A DNA stretch of 64,000 nucleotides from Candidatus Hermodarchaeota archaeon (GCA_048885865.1 JBHLLF010000001.1:96001-160000), one strand, 5' to 3'. Counted from the stretch's first letter, positions 29,268 through 39,936 are shown. Made by a program: numbers and translations. The notes: a model not told the origin generated them from the letters alone.

Positions 29268-29879
29268 TCATTTGGGAAGATTAAGGATTATTACCTTGAT
29301 TGCTTCAGCAATCGTACCCAAAGGCATGGTTGCAAGCTGTGGATTCTCCTTCTCTATTGCCTGTTGTGGAAGTGGAGGTACATGAATGAATGTCGCCATG
29401 AGGTTCATCTCGCTGGCACCAATCCATTCCATGACTTTGTAAATCAACCAGTTGCATCCATAGACTCCCGCATGGTAGCTCACAAAGGCTGGGATGTCTT
29501 CATTCTTGAGTGCTTTGACCAATGGATGAGGATCAATATTAGTGAAATAGGCTGGAGGCCCTTGATCAGAGATCAAATCAGTTTCGGGGATATAGCCGTA
29601 GTTGTCTGCTCTCGTGGTGCTTATCGCGTTGACTGCAATTCTTTCAATTGTTATTGCTGGTCTATTTGCTTGACCGGTGCATAGGAGTGCATTAGGAGAA
29701 TAGTCTTCAATAAGCTCTTCTAGCAGTGAAAATGCTTTCCTGTAATCCAAAGGAAGAACTTCGCCTACAACCTCGAAGTTGCCAATTCTTGTGCCCTCGA
29801 CAACCTGTGCAAGTTCAGCTGATGGATTTACTGAAAATCCATCAAAAGGCTCGAATCCAGTGATTAGTGCTTTCGGCAT
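29268..29879 (-). CDS. pcp: Pyroglutamyl-peptidase I
   Basis: LITGFEPF, NPS, IERIAVN, AGxYxCN and FIHVP motifs. Confidence 0.93.
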   Translation of the reverse strand: MPKALITGFEPFDGFSVNPSAELAQVVEGTRIGNFEVVGEVLPLDYRKAFSLLEELIEDYSPNALLCTGQANRPAITIERIAVNAISTTRADNYGYIPETDLISDQGPPAYFTNIDPHPLVKALKNEDIPAFVSYHAGVYGCNWLIYKVMEWIGASEMNLMATFIHVPPLPQQAIEKENPQLATMPLGTIAEAIKVIILNLPK

Positions 29880-29944
29880 GATGTTCTGCCATTAAGATAG
29901 CATGCATTTTAGCACTGCGATTTCAAGAGCCAGGACACTGGATT

Positions 29945-30604
29945 CTAAAAGATCGAGGCTATAATGAACCATATTCCCAATAGAATCTGAAAGACTCCTA
30001 TACCGACACTAATCCAGTTAATTCCGCCCACCTTCACAGTCTTGGTCGCCTTATCTGAACCAAATGACAGAAATGCCCCAAAAGCGAAGTCTGTAGAAAT
30101 ATGAGTGAAGTACATCAAAACGCCTGCAAGGAAGACGGTGCCAATGCCAACCTGTAGCTCCGCCACCAGCAGCGTCACACTTGAAAGCCCTATGGCAAAC
30201 CACCACAGGAGGAAGTACGGCGAGAGAAGACTGACCACAGCTCCTTGAGCAGTAGCTTCTATCATCGTAGATGTACCACTCCGCTCCTTGTCTTCTGGAA
30301 ATCGGCTCGCGTCTTTGTGACGATAGTCCCTCAGTGCCAGGAATCCAAAAAGAATGACAACAAAGCCTCCGAATCCTGCAATCAGGTCAATTGCAAAATC
30401 GGATAGTTCAAAGGATTCAACGCCAACGATAATCGCTACAATGATTCCTAGCTCAATGATAGCGTGACCAACCATTGGAAGTATCCCATGGAGCTTGTCG
30501 TGTCGACTAGCCTGCATGACCACAGCTGCTGAGAGTGGTCCTGGCGCGAGTGCTCCAGTCAGAGACACCATCCACCAGAATGCAAGTATTTCGACTACTC
30601 CCAT
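29945..30604 (-). CDS. LysE family translocator
   Basis: GALAPGPL, GHAIIE and SPYFLLWW motifs. Confidence 0.85.
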   Translation of the reverse strand: MGVVEILAFWWMVSLTGALAPGPLSAAVVMQASRHDKLHGILPMVGHAIIELGIIVAIIVGVESFELSDFAIDLIAGFGGFVVILFGFLALRDYRHKDASRFPEDKERSGTSTMIEATAQGAVVSLLSPYFLLWWFAIGLSSVTLLVAELQVGIGTVFLAGVLMYFTHISTDFAFGAFLSFGSDKATKTVKVGGINWISVGIGVFQILLGIWFIIASIF

Positions 30605-30782
30605 GTTTCAGCCTCTCTCATTTCAGCGTTTAATGCCTCAAAAACGTGGTGCTATAGCTCTGGATATAGCCTAGAACTATATCTACATGTATCACGTGTA
30701 TTACAGACATTATACATTCGTTTCTAGAAAGCCTTAAGAGCTAAAAATCCGGAGCCGAGTGCAATCTCGGAGCTGCGCGCAA

Positions 30783-31916
30783 GTGAAACAAGTCCAGATA
30801 GTCGTACCCTTCGAGAAGACTGAAGCGGTTTACGATTTTCTTCTAGATGGTCTCAACGTGAAGAATATCATGAAGTTCACGTCAGATAATGCACACCTAC
30901 TCACCTTTAGAATTCCAGATGATGGAGCACTAGAGACTATGGAGAAACTCAAGTCACGAGGGGTTGGAGTTGAGTTTGGATTCATAGATATCCTCGACTT
31001 GAAGGCATCTCTACCAAGAGAGAGTGAGGAAGTTCGAGAAGGCATTATGCAGAGAGATGCGTCACTCGCTGTTGAAGAGATCTATGAGAATGTAAAGTCT
31101 CACTCATCTTTGAGCTTCGATTTCCTTGCCTTCACGATTTTCGCCGCAGCAATGGCTGGATTCGGGCTCATCATGAACAATGTGACCATAATTGTCGCTT
31201 CCATGCTGCTGAGCCCTCTCATGGGCCCGATGCTGGCAGTGGCCTTGGGATATGTTGTACAGGATCGCAATCTATTTGTTAAGGGAACTGTCAACGAGCT
31301 GATCTCCTTGGGTTTATCCCTAGCAGTAGGGGTTGTTCTTGCGATAATCATCGCAGTTGCAGATCCGACTTACATGACGGTAGTAGAGAATGATGTTGCT
31401 TCGAGAATCTATACTGAGATTACAAGGCGAGGTGGAATACCAATTGAGTTCCCATTCTCATCTTGGGATATTGGCGTCGCTATCTTCTCGGGTGCTGCCG
31501 TAGCAATATCGGTCACCAGAGGTGACATGTCATCACTTGTTGGTGTTGCCATTTCAGCTGCACTTATGCCGCCAGCAGTAAATGCTTCTCTGATGGTCGT
31601 GCTTGGTACTCTCACGGGTTCTTCAGTTGGCATATCAATAGGAGTGAATTCAATTCTTCTACTTGGAATGAACATAATTTTCATTGACGTATTTGCAATT
31701 GTGATGTTCAGAATAAAGAGACTCACCCCGATGGCAGACAAGTCGGCCACATGGAGGGCTGTGACTGAGTTCAGGCAGACCCGTTCTGAGAGTCTTTATC
31801 ACATTGCGAATAATGAGTCTGGCACTAAGTCAGCAGCAACTTTCACACCCGCTCCAACATCTACGCCATCCCCCGCGAAGGACAAACCACAGAGTTCGGA
31901 TGATTCAGCTGAATAG
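30783..31916 (+). CDS. TIGR00341/DUF389 membrane protein
   Basis: IVASMLLSPLMGP and LVGVAISAALMPP motifs. Confidence 0.88.
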   Translation: MKQVQIVVPFEKTEAVYDFLLDGLNVKNIMKFTSDNAHLLTFRIPDDGALETMEKLKSRGVGVEFGFIDILDLKASLPRESEEVREGIMQRDASLAVEEIYENVKSHSSLSFDFLAFTIFAAAMAGFGLIMNNVTIIVASMLLSPLMGPMLAVALGYVVQDRNLFVKGTVNELISLGLSLAVGVVLAIIIAVADPTYMTVVENDVASRIYTEITRRGGIPIEFPFSSWDIGVAIFSGAAVAISVTRGDMSSLVGVAISAALMPPAVNASLMVVLGTLTGSSVGISIGVNSILLLGMNIIFIDVFAIVMFRIKRLTPMADKSATWRAVTEFRQTRSESLYHIANNESGTKSAATFTPAPTSTPSPAKDKPQSSDDSAE

Positions 31917-31997
31917 TGAGTAGAAATCCGCACCTGGTAATACTCGCTTTCTTAGAATTCTAACTAGGGTTAACACTTGATTGGAGTCAGATGAAAG

Positions 31998-32270
31998 ATG
32001 GGTAATGTCAAGGGAACGAAAAACAAGCTTTTCAAGGGTTTGACCGAGCACGATGTTCTCACATTTGAAGAGGAGAAGATGCGCTTCCAGAGAAGAATGG
32101 GGAGAAAAGTCACAGATCTTGAGTTCCTACGACATCTGCTGATGTCTGCGTCTCGTCCATTGATATCTGTGAAAGAAGGATTATCCGAAGGATATCTGGC
32201 GGGCAGCCGACCCATCTACGATAAAAGTGATACAATTCTTTCACGTTATCGGGAGCAGGCCAAGGACTAA
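31998..32270 (+). CDS. Small hypothetical protein, possibly ribbon-helix-helix
   Basis: Strand-helix-TDxEFLRxLL pattern. GGAG RBS. Confidence 0.5.
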   Translation: MGNVKGTKNKLFKGLTEHDVLTFEEEKMRFQRRMGRKVTDLEFLRHLLMSASRPLISVKEGLSEGYLAGSRPIYDKSDTILSRYREQAKD

Positions 32271-32288
32271 TTCAAAAAAGATAGGAAC

Positions 32289-33872
32289 TCATTGTCCATA
32301 GAAGCGTGCAAGGAATTCCTTGAAGTAGGGGCACAAGCTTCCCATCCAGTATAGATTGCCAAAGCATTCCTTGGCTAATGCCTTTCGCTCAACGCGACAC
32401 TCAAAGTTTCTCTCGCCGTCAAAGAACACGCATAGGTCGCTTTCAATGCTTGAGTCGTCGTATATCCTTCTCCGGACCTCTCTCATCAAATCTGAGTCAC
32501 TCGAGCTAAGCCAGTCCTCTGATTTGCCCATCAGCTCTTCAACCGACTTGACAATCTTTGAATCTGGCTCCTCTTCCTTTGCCCACTGAGTCACGAGTAC
32601 ACTCATATCGGCATTGAAAGCAGAGAGTGGCCATCCAATGTCATCAGAGACCTCCCTAGCGCGCTTATAGAAGGTGATTGCATCATCGTACTCCCCGGTG
32701 AGGAAATGAGCATCTGCTGTCAAGAAGAGCGCAAGGACAAGAAATGACTTCATGCCAGCATCTTCTGCTAGCTTGATGGATTTTTCATAGAGGTCTGAGG
32801 CCTCAGCGATGTTCCCCTTCCTAAGCTCGACATCACCTAGATTAGCTGTTGCAGTTGCGATTCCTATAACATACTCGGCTTCTTGGCTGATTTCCAGAGC
32901 TCGTCGGTTGTAGGTCTCCATTTGATCAATTTGACCTAGCGCCCTATCAATTTCTCCAACATTGATTAGTGTCTTAGCGAGGCCTACCTGGTTGTTCAGC
33001 TGCTGCTGAATTATGAGCAGCTCCTCGAATGTATCCCTTGCATCTTGAAGCTGTCCAATGTCTAGGAGGATGACTCCCTCTGTGTTCTTGGCGTCAGCCA
33101 AACCTGCCAAATAACCCATATTCTCGTATTTATTAATAGCCATAGCAATCAGTGTCTTGGCACGTTCGTATTCGTACCTCTCCTCCAAGATTCTGGCACG
33201 ATTATAGGTAATATCTGTCAATGCCAGTTGATGATTTAGGTGTCTAGCCGTATCTTCTGCGGAATCAAGGCGTATGGATGCCTCTTCGCGTGAGATTGCA
33301 ATGCTTGCGATGTAGGCCTGTATGATTCTTGCCCTCAAGAGAGCAGCCTGTACATTTGTTCTGATATCTTGATTCTTAGAGGATTCCTTAGTAACTCTCT
33401 CGATACTCTCAGAAGCGACCTGCATAGCATGATCGGTATAACCCAAATCAATGAGGACAGCTGAGAGTTCTCCGGATAGCTCTGCAAATACGACATAGTC
33501 CTTTGCTTGCCATGCTTGATTTGTGATGTTTCTGAGATTATTCAACCACCGAGGATCAAGGCTCTGTCTGCAATACGATGAGGCGGCATACCCTTTGCAT
33601 GCAAGATTGGAAGTGCCTCTGGCCAGTACCTGATTGAATCCATACTTGCCTCTGAGATAGCTTGCCTTGGCACACATTGCCAGAAATGCATCGCTTCGAT
33701 TCTTCCATTCACCACTCCCTATAAATTCGAGGAGCACATCAGTAAATTGCATAAAGGGATCCTTATCGGTTCTACGTTCTGCTATCATTCGGCTTTCGAG
33801 CTGTTCAATCTCAGAGGGCTCAAGCCCCTGAGAATACATCATGAACTCGGGTATTATTGGATTCGTTGTCAA
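32289..33872 (-). CDS. Tetratricopeptide-repeat protein with C-terminal Cys cluster
   Basis: Repeats such as LAKTLINVGEI...YNRRALEI and ATANLGDV...YEKSIKL. Four Cys near the end. Confidence 0.85.
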   Translation of the reverse strand: MTTNPIIPEFMMYSQGLEPSEIEQLESRMIAERRTDKDPFMQFTDVLLEFIGSGEWKNRSDAFLAMCAKASYLRGKYGFNQVLARGTSNLACKGYAASSYCRQSLDPRWLNNLRNITNQAWQAKDYVVFAELSGELSAVLIDLGYTDHAMQVASESIERVTKESSKNQDIRTNVQAALLRARIIQAYIASIAISREEASIRLDSAEDTARHLNHQLALTDITYNRARILEERYEYERAKTLIAMAINKYENMGYLAGLADAKNTEGVILLDIGQLQDARDTFEELLIIQQQLNNQVGLAKTLINVGEIDRALGQIDQMETYNRRALEISQEAEYVIGIATATANLGDVELRKGNIAEASDLYEKSIKLAEDAGMKSFLVLALFLTADAHFLTGEYDDAITFYKRAREVSDDIGWPLSAFNADMSVLVTQWAKEEEPDSKIVKSVEELMGKSEDWLSSSDSDLMREVRRRIYDDSSIESDLCVFFDGERNFECRVERKALAKECFGNLYWMGSLCPYFKEFLARFYGQ

Positions 33873-34016
33873 TGTGTATTATTCTCCGCTCGTAAAGCAA
33901 AGGCTCCCTGCGTGCATCCTTATGCAAGGCTCAGCAGACCTTGTCAAAAGGCTTCTAAGAAAACTGCCCGCAGAGTTATCAACACGCTGAATTACTTTTA
34001 TCTCATCCTATCATGT

Positions 34017-34412
34017 CTAGGAGGAGGCTCGAAGCCTGCTGTCTGGTGCTACCTTCTTGATTAACTCAATCAAGTCGTACATACTGAATGGCTTTTGCAG
34101 GTATGCTCGCGCCCCTGCTGCCAAGATGGTTTCTGTGTACCCTTCTACAAGGTCCGATATCGCTATGATTGACAGTGCGGAATCAATATCCAGCAAATCC
34201 TCTACTAGTCGAATGTTATCATCATCAGCGAGTTCCAAATCCAATATAACCACATCAGGGTTCTTCTTCAAGCAGGAAACAATAAGGTCAGTTCGGTTGG
34301 TAACTTCATCAACTACTGTGAGTCCGGCATCTTCTATTGCCATCTTCAATAGGACTCTTAGGAAGGGAACATCTCCCGCAATTATCACACTCAAGGCGGA
34401 CTCAGCCGTCAA
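34017..34412 (-). CDS. Stand-alone response regulator receiver (atypical acidic pocket)
   Basis: PDVVILD and AGARAYLQKPF. Has AGD where DD is usual. Confidence 0.85.
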   Translation of the reverse strand: MTAESALSVIIAGDVPFLRVLLKMAIEDAGLTVVDEVTNRTDLIVSCLKKNPDVVILDLELADDDNIRLVEDLLDIDSALSIIAISDLVEGYTETILAAGARAYLQKPFSMYDLIELIKKVAPDSRLRASS

Positions 34413-34459
34413 TTGCAGCCACCTCTCCTAAAACGTTTAGGCTACTCACGATCTGAACC

Positions 34460-34822
34460 TCAGTCGGATACCGCTTTCTCAACTAGATCAAGCATATGTC
34501 GTATTGTAACCGGCTTCAGACCAAACGAGCGTGCTCCCCCGTTTAGCGCCTGTTCACGTACATTGGCATCCGCACTGATGAAAACTATCTTGGCACTTGG
34601 CTCGATTTCAAGTATGTCTTTCATTGCATCCAGGCCGTCGCGATTGGGCATTCTGTGGTCGAGAATAATAACTTCCGGCTTGGGGTTCATGTCTCTGTAT
34701 TTCACAACAGCTTCTTCACCATCGAATGCGTCTGCGATTACTTGATGTCCCTTGATCGCAAAGACGTCCTTGTAGAGCCTGTGCAAAATGGCTTCGTCGT
34801 CGATGATGAATATGCTGACCAT
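34460..34822 (-). CDS. Stand-alone CheY-like response regulator receiver
   Basis: IIDDE, ILDHRMPNRDG, ISA and KP motifs. Confidence 0.92.
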   Translation of the reverse strand: MVSIFIIDDEAILHRLYKDVFAIKGHQVIADAFDGEEAVVKYRDMNPKPEVIILDHRMPNRDGLDAMKDILEIEPSAKIVFISADANVREQALNGGARSFGLKPVTIRHMLDLVEKAVSD

Positions 34823-34902
34823 TGTGCTCGTGCCTACCTTTCGATGTCTTGAACTCTGTGGATGCATCCCTTTCCTCTCTCAACATAAGGAACAGGGCTA
34901 AC

Positions 34903-34914
34903 TCACTATAGTGA
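34903..34914. promoter_or_regulatory. Perfect 12-bp palindrome TCACTATAGTGA upstream of the receiver genes
   Basis: Seen directly. Operator role is an inference. Confidence 0.35.
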
Positions 34915-36075
34915 TAAGTTAGTCTCCTCCTTGGCGTTATAAATGATATTGGTGCTGGTCTGCATTTGTAGAGTACTAGGCTCAGCCTCAATTGGATTTG
35001 CCCTTAAATCTAGGGGTATGACGCACTTCAGTTTTGGGGATTTCCGCCTCAAATTAGACTATCATCACGTTGTCAGATCGAATTCTTGCCCACTTTTTCA
35101 CTATCCACTCACTATCAATTCTACACTCAGACATTGCCGATTTATGGAAGAGTTTTTCTTTTTATCTAATTCACAGCATGTCGAAATATATCAATAATTA
35201 TCTATGCTATTGTTCCGCATATGCAATAATATTATATGATATGATGAGGAATACTTCGAACTGTCCCTAGCATCAAGGGACATACTTCCATTTGGTCTGA
35301 TGCTATTGCTGGATCTGACCCTTGGAACTCTATTGCCGAGGGCATGATTTTTCTGTATTCGTTTTCTGAATACGCCGGTACACTCTACCCCCTGATGTGG
35401 TCGGAAGCTATACTCACTTATCGTGTACTGCTACCCTTTTCCGAGGATAATCAGGGTTATTTCGTATTCTTTTTCTGCCATAGACGATATAACACAGTTT
35501 CTGAGTATACGTTGATGTGGACAAGGACGGGTACCTATGCAAATGTGTGTTCCCAAAATAGCCGACGAGGCTTCATCTCAATGCATTGATATGAACTAGA
35601 CTTGGAATCATCATGCCGCATACATCCTAATAATGGTAGAAAATATGCCGATATGAGGTAATATTTTAATTTATAATAAATATCAAATATTATCGCTAAT
35701 GGTTATTGCAAAAAGATGTTTAACAAGTCACTCACAAAATAACAATTGGCGAAAAATCGAAGAAATGGTCGAAAATTGGAAAATCTCGTTGCATGCTGGC
35801 GAAACTGCATCATTGAAGAAGAACCGTTCTCTGGCTCCATAGTCTGCGTTATCCTATAGGATTTGAATATCCATGTGATCAGAGAACTTGTTGCTAATCT
35901 TTGATAGTATAATCAGCAATACACGCTGGATGATGATTGATTATACACAGTAAATGCAAGCTGCCATGTATTACAAAATCCAAAATAGTATCTTTCATAC
36001 CATAGTTACGTACACGTTTAGCCTTAGTGCCGTTGTGCGAATCACTGGTAATCTCTCCTACTCTCTCTCCAAAGC

Positions 36076-36227
36076 AGGAAGTGCGGGACAAGAAAAATGC
36101 TTACTCCAACAACTCCCCAAACCCAAGCGTGTACCGGCAAGTACTCTTGACAGGAGTGCTCCAATCAACCTGCCCTGGCAAAACACAACCCCAATCCGTC
36201 GAAGCGGTCGGTACACGCTCACTTCCT
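36076..36227. ncRNA. Candidate structured non-coding RNA (multi-branch), strand unresolved
   Basis: AGGAAGTG/CACTTCCT (8 bp) and AGCGTGTACCG/CGGTACACGCT (11 bp) perfect stems plus inner hairpins, in a gene-free region. Confidence 0.5.
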
Positions 36228-36336
36228 CTCAATACGCCCCTCTTCGAAATCAACGTTTACTAATTCTTGTCAGTACACATATTGTTGCGCATCGGCAATT
36301 GTTATCAAGGAGGAGGCTTGTTAGTCTTCCCTTGAG

Positions 36337-37536
36337 ATGGACAACGATACCGATGTACTCATCATAGGAGCAGGGCCTGCTGGTCTTTCAGCTGCAAAGC
36401 AACTAGCTCTGATGGACATACCCTATATTCTGATACATCGTGAGAGATATCCTTGTGAAAGAAAAGCCTGTGGCGGTTTTATTCCCCAGAGAGCGCTAGT
36501 AAGATTTGGAATCAAGGATTTTTCTGGTGCACATCCGGTAGAAGCAGTAAGGATGAGATTTCCAGGCACCGATTCCACGATTGTAGAGTTTGATGAGGAA
36601 ATTGGCGTCAATGCAACTAGATATGACATAGGGCAAGCTCAATTATCATCTATCAACCGGACAGAATGCATTTGGCCAGGAACTGAAGCTGTCCATGTTG
36701 ACATCACAGCAGAAGGATGTCACACAACTATCATCAGAGATGAACAATCAGCGGCGGTATCCTCAGAGATAGTCATCGACGCCAGTGGAGTCAATCCGAT
36801 TACTCAGCGTTTTGTACCAATAAGAGATAGGATTCCTAACACATCAATGGGATATGCAGTACAATACCAGATGAGGCTCGGATCTGATTCCGAGGAATTG
36901 AGAGGAGTCAATGATTTCATCTATGGCAGTGATTACTCCCCAGGCGGCTATGCATGGGCGTTTCCCAGAGGGAACGAGGTCGCCGTCGGCACTGGGGGGC
37001 TCATAGCAAGGGTACGGAGCGGAGGGAAGCGAGTCGAAGAATACCTGAAGCATCTATTGAATTCATTTGAACCGCTAAGGAGTCAACTCGAAGGTGCAAC
37101 CAAATTAAGGCGGGAGTCTGCACTCATGCCTCTGGCTGGTATAATACGTCCCTCCTATGCCAAAAGACTGATGCTTGCTGGCGACGCGGCGGGACATTGC
37201 TCACCCATCACTGGAGAAGGAATCTTCTATTCCATGGTTGCAGGTGAGTTAGCTGCATCAACCGCGCGGGATGCGATTAAAGCAGACGACTTCAGAGCGA
37301 CGCAACTCGCAGCTTATGAGAAAAGGTGGACCAGGGTGTTTGGATCCGATTTAAGATGGGGCCTTTGGCTCCAAAAAAGGTTCCTTAGCGATGGCACAAA
37401 ATCAATCGGCACGGCCTTTCTTAAATCAAAGCATGCCAAGAAGGTAATAGCAGAAATGCTTCTTGGAGTGAGATCTGTAAGAAGTGCCATCACTGGCATA
37501 GCACCTAGGTACATCCTTTCGAAGCTCGGGATTTGA
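36337..37536 (+). CDS. Geranylgeranyl reductase family FAD oxidoreductase
   Basis: GAGPAG, KACGG, PGGYAWAFP and GDAAG..SPITGEGI motifs. Confidence 0.9.
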   Translation: MDNDTDVLIIGAGPAGLSAAKQLALMDIPYILIHRERYPCERKACGGFIPQRALVRFGIKDFSGAHPVEAVRMRFPGTDSTIVEFDEEIGVNATRYDIGQAQLSSINRTECIWPGTEAVHVDITAEGCHTTIIRDEQSAAVSSEIVIDASGVNPITQRFVPIRDRIPNTSMGYAVQYQMRLGSDSEELRGVNDFIYGSDYSPGGYAWAFPRGNEVAVGTGGLIARVRSGGKRVEEYLKHLLNSFEPLRSQLEGATKLRRESALMPLAGIIRPSYAKRLMLAGDAAGHCSPITGEGIFYSMVAGELAASTARDAIKADDFRATQLAAYEKRWTRVFGSDLRWGLWLQKRFLSDGTKSIGTAFLKSKHAKKVIAEMLLGVRSVRSAITGIAPRYILSKLGI

Positions 37537-37771
37537 TGCAGAGATTTCTGCTTCTTCATGGTGAGCCGCTTTCGGCGTTGGTTCTCTTTAAGATAGATGC
37601 AGGATCTGTCCTTCTAAATCAGTACTATATTCCCTAAGGTACTATACCGAATTGCTGACAGTTCTTTATTTGATGGTTTGACATAGGTATAGTAGCTAAC
37701 CATTTGAATTTACAAATCGCTAGCTGGTTAGGAAATGAAACTTGCTATAAATCCCGGAGAATGAGAGAGGT

Positions 37772-38542
37772 ATGACGGAGTCGCACAGCGGCTACTCGGC
37801 TAGTCGTTCATCGCGTCCGATAGATCGTATTATGGTCTTGGTATGCGCGATGTTCGTCTTTGCGCTGTGCACCAATTTCAGTGCAGCAGCACAGAATCCA
37901 AACCTCTTGGACCAGATGGAAGCCGACCTCAATGACCTCTCTGCCAAAGCCATCTCTTGGTCGGTAGTTTCTGAGATAAATAATGACAACATAGCTCTTA
38001 TTGACAATATTGAACTAGGGTCGGAAAATGCTCATTGGGTCCTTGAACCAGAAGACGGATACATTGAGATAACTGACTACTACCTACCTGAAGGAGATAT
38101 ACCCCTCTGCATTGACCAAGCCTGGCTTGATCAATTCTATGTGGTCGTTCATGTATATGGCGGCTACGAACTCCTTGAGATGGGTCTGTGGTTAGAACAG
38201 AAGGATGTTTGGTACCGCATCGACATCGTGCTCCTTGATTGGCGCGAAGGATGCGGTGAAGACTGGTATGTATTTGGTCTGGCACTACCGGATGGAGTGG
38301 AGAAGTATAGCTTTGATGCGAACAACTTCCCAGAAGTAAGTCCACCATTCGAACTATGGCATGATCCAGACTATGATGACCTACAGAAGGAGATTAATGT
38401 TTACTTCCACAGCCTATGGACAGGCTGTGACTTACCGGCCCAGGAGTTCACGATTTCCTTAGTTCATTGGTCAATAAGAGCTGTGTGTCGCCTCTTCTGG
38501 CGACACCCACTGATTTTTGATGGCTATTCAAACTATAGCTGA
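37772..38542 (+). CDS. Hypothetical secreted protein
   Basis: Signal-peptide-like segment ending in SAAA. Acidic, aromatic-rich mature part. GAGGT RBS. Confidence 0.65.
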   Translation: MTESHSGYSASRSSRPIDRIMVLVCAMFVFALCTNFSAAAQNPNLLDQMEADLNDLSAKAISWSVVSEINNDNIALIDNIELGSENAHWVLEPEDGYIEITDYYLPEGDIPLCIDQAWLDQFYVVVHVYGGYELLEMGLWLEQKDVWYRIDIVLLDWREGCGEDWYVFGLALPDGVEKYSFDANNFPEVSPPFELWHDPDYDDLQKEINVYFHSLWTGCDLPAQEFTISLVHWSIRAVCRLFWRHPLIFDGYSNYS

Positions 38543-39936
38543 AATTCTCTGTAAGCAAGTGCCGCTTCTTCAGCTAACGCAGAAATTCGATTGTGGGGAC
38601 TTTCCAGCGCCTCCCTTAATATTTCCTGGGCAAGATCCACAGGAAGTCTCATGACATTGGATACGATCTCAAGTCCCACTTCTTCTTCCGGGTCCTTAAT
38701 CAACTGAAAGAATAACTCCCTTGTGTCATTGTCATGTAATTCGATGAGTATTCTCGCAAGGTCTTTTCTGACACTAGGGATTTTACTATTGGCTAGCACC
38801 ATAAGTGCTGATTTCGTGCTTCTTTGTCTTTGCTTCACTGATATTGCAGACGACATCATTTCAGCGAGCTCAATTGAATCCGCCTCTGATGGGTCGCTGA
38901 CTGATATGGGCGATTCAAAAGCATTCAATCTCGCCAACCCTCGAGCCGCTAGCGCACGTTCAGATCGTACTTTCGAATCCAAGAGCGTGTTCAAGATATC
39001 TTCGGATGCAGGGTCTCTTGTGTTGACTAATATGTCAATAATAACTCCTTGATGGTGGATGGTCATCATCGGCTGTAAGGCAATGAGATTTCTGTTGTAG
39101 TGCCGAGTTCGAAGACTTTTGATCTCTTTCAGGAGCGCTAGCTGAGTCAGACCACGAGAGCCTCCTTCTTCTTCTATTCCTTGAATCGAGGCATCCAGCC
39201 GCCTTATAGCTTCTATCTCATCTCTGGGTTGCTTTTCCAACGCAAATACTGTTGAATGAGGGAGTGCTTCGTCAATCCATTTTACATAGTCATACCAGTC
39301 ATCCGGAGGAATCTCTTCGGACATTGATTCTGGCTCAAATCCAAGGCCAGCAAGAATACTGGCTATTTCAGTCCACACCTCCTTGTCAACCACTGTTCCG
39401 ATTTCTGATTCTGAAAATGTTTGGAGTATAGATTTGCCATACTTGGTATTTCGAAGATGACCGATATAGTATAGCTGTCTAGCAGATGTCAGCGTGTGTT
39501 TTCTTGTAAAGGGAACCTTGCAGTCTCTGATTTCTTGAATTCGTTTCTCCAAAATTTCGGGTAAGAAAATCGAATAAGGTGATGATGCAGCCCTTTCAAC
39601 TCTTACCGCGCCTGAATTGAATTGCCGAGATTGAGATTCAAAGAGGGTGTGAACATATTCAAACGTCAATTGAATGGCTGTATTCCTAGTTCGGATACCT
39701 TTCACGATATCAATAAGGTCGTATGATGGTATCTCCAATGCACAATAAATCGGGTCTATCGCAAGGAAATTTGCCACATGATCGCGTATCCTTAGGTCTC
39801 GATTCTCTCTAAAAGCAGAATAGAGTGATTCCTTCAACTCTAGTATATTCTCTTCCCTCACAAATTCCAACAATAGGTTCGAGCTACTGTGAAAATCAAA
39901 CCTGCTAATCGCAGCCAGTAACTCAGTAATACTCAA
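38533..39936 (-). CDS. Hypothetical protein with C-terminal HEAT repeats
   Basis: ERALAARGLA, SVRKDLARIL, LIKDPEEEVG and LESPHNRISALA repeats. Confidence 0.7.
   Translation of the reverse strand: MSITELLAAISRFDFHSSSNLLLEFVREENILELKESLYSAFRENRDLRIRDHVANFLAIDPIYCALEIPSYDLIDIVKGIRTRNTAIQLTFEYVHTLFESQSRQFNSGAVRVERAASSPYSIFLPEILEKRIQEIRDCKVPFTRKHTLTSARQLYYIGHLRNTKYGKSILQTFSESEIGTVVDKEVWTEIASILAGLGFEPESMSEEIPPDDWYDYVKWIDEALPHSTVFALEKQPRDEIEAIRRLDASIQGIEEEGGSRGLTQLALLKEIKSLRTRHYNRNLIALQPMMTIHHQGVIIDILVNTRDPASEDILNTLLDSKVRSERALAARGLARLNAFESPISVSDPSEADSIELAEMMSSAISVKQRQRSTKSALMVLANSKIPSVRKDLARILIELHDNDTRELFFQLIKDPEEEVGLEIVSNVMRLPVDLAQEILREALESPHNRISALAEEAALAYREFQL

Noticed and set aside
36076-36227. 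SRP RNA identity for the structured element (CAGG...AGCA on the minus strand)
   Set aside because: No GNRA tetraloop in the would-be helix 8, no Alu domain, and too short.
35070-36367. Short ORFs in the gene-free region (35070, 35344, 35894, 35954, 36027)
   Set aside because: Atypical composition, mutually overlapping, no motifs or RBS.
37622-37694. GTACTATA direct repeat and TACTATACC/GGTATAGTA inverted repeat
   Set aside because: Short and single-instance, so it could arise by chance.
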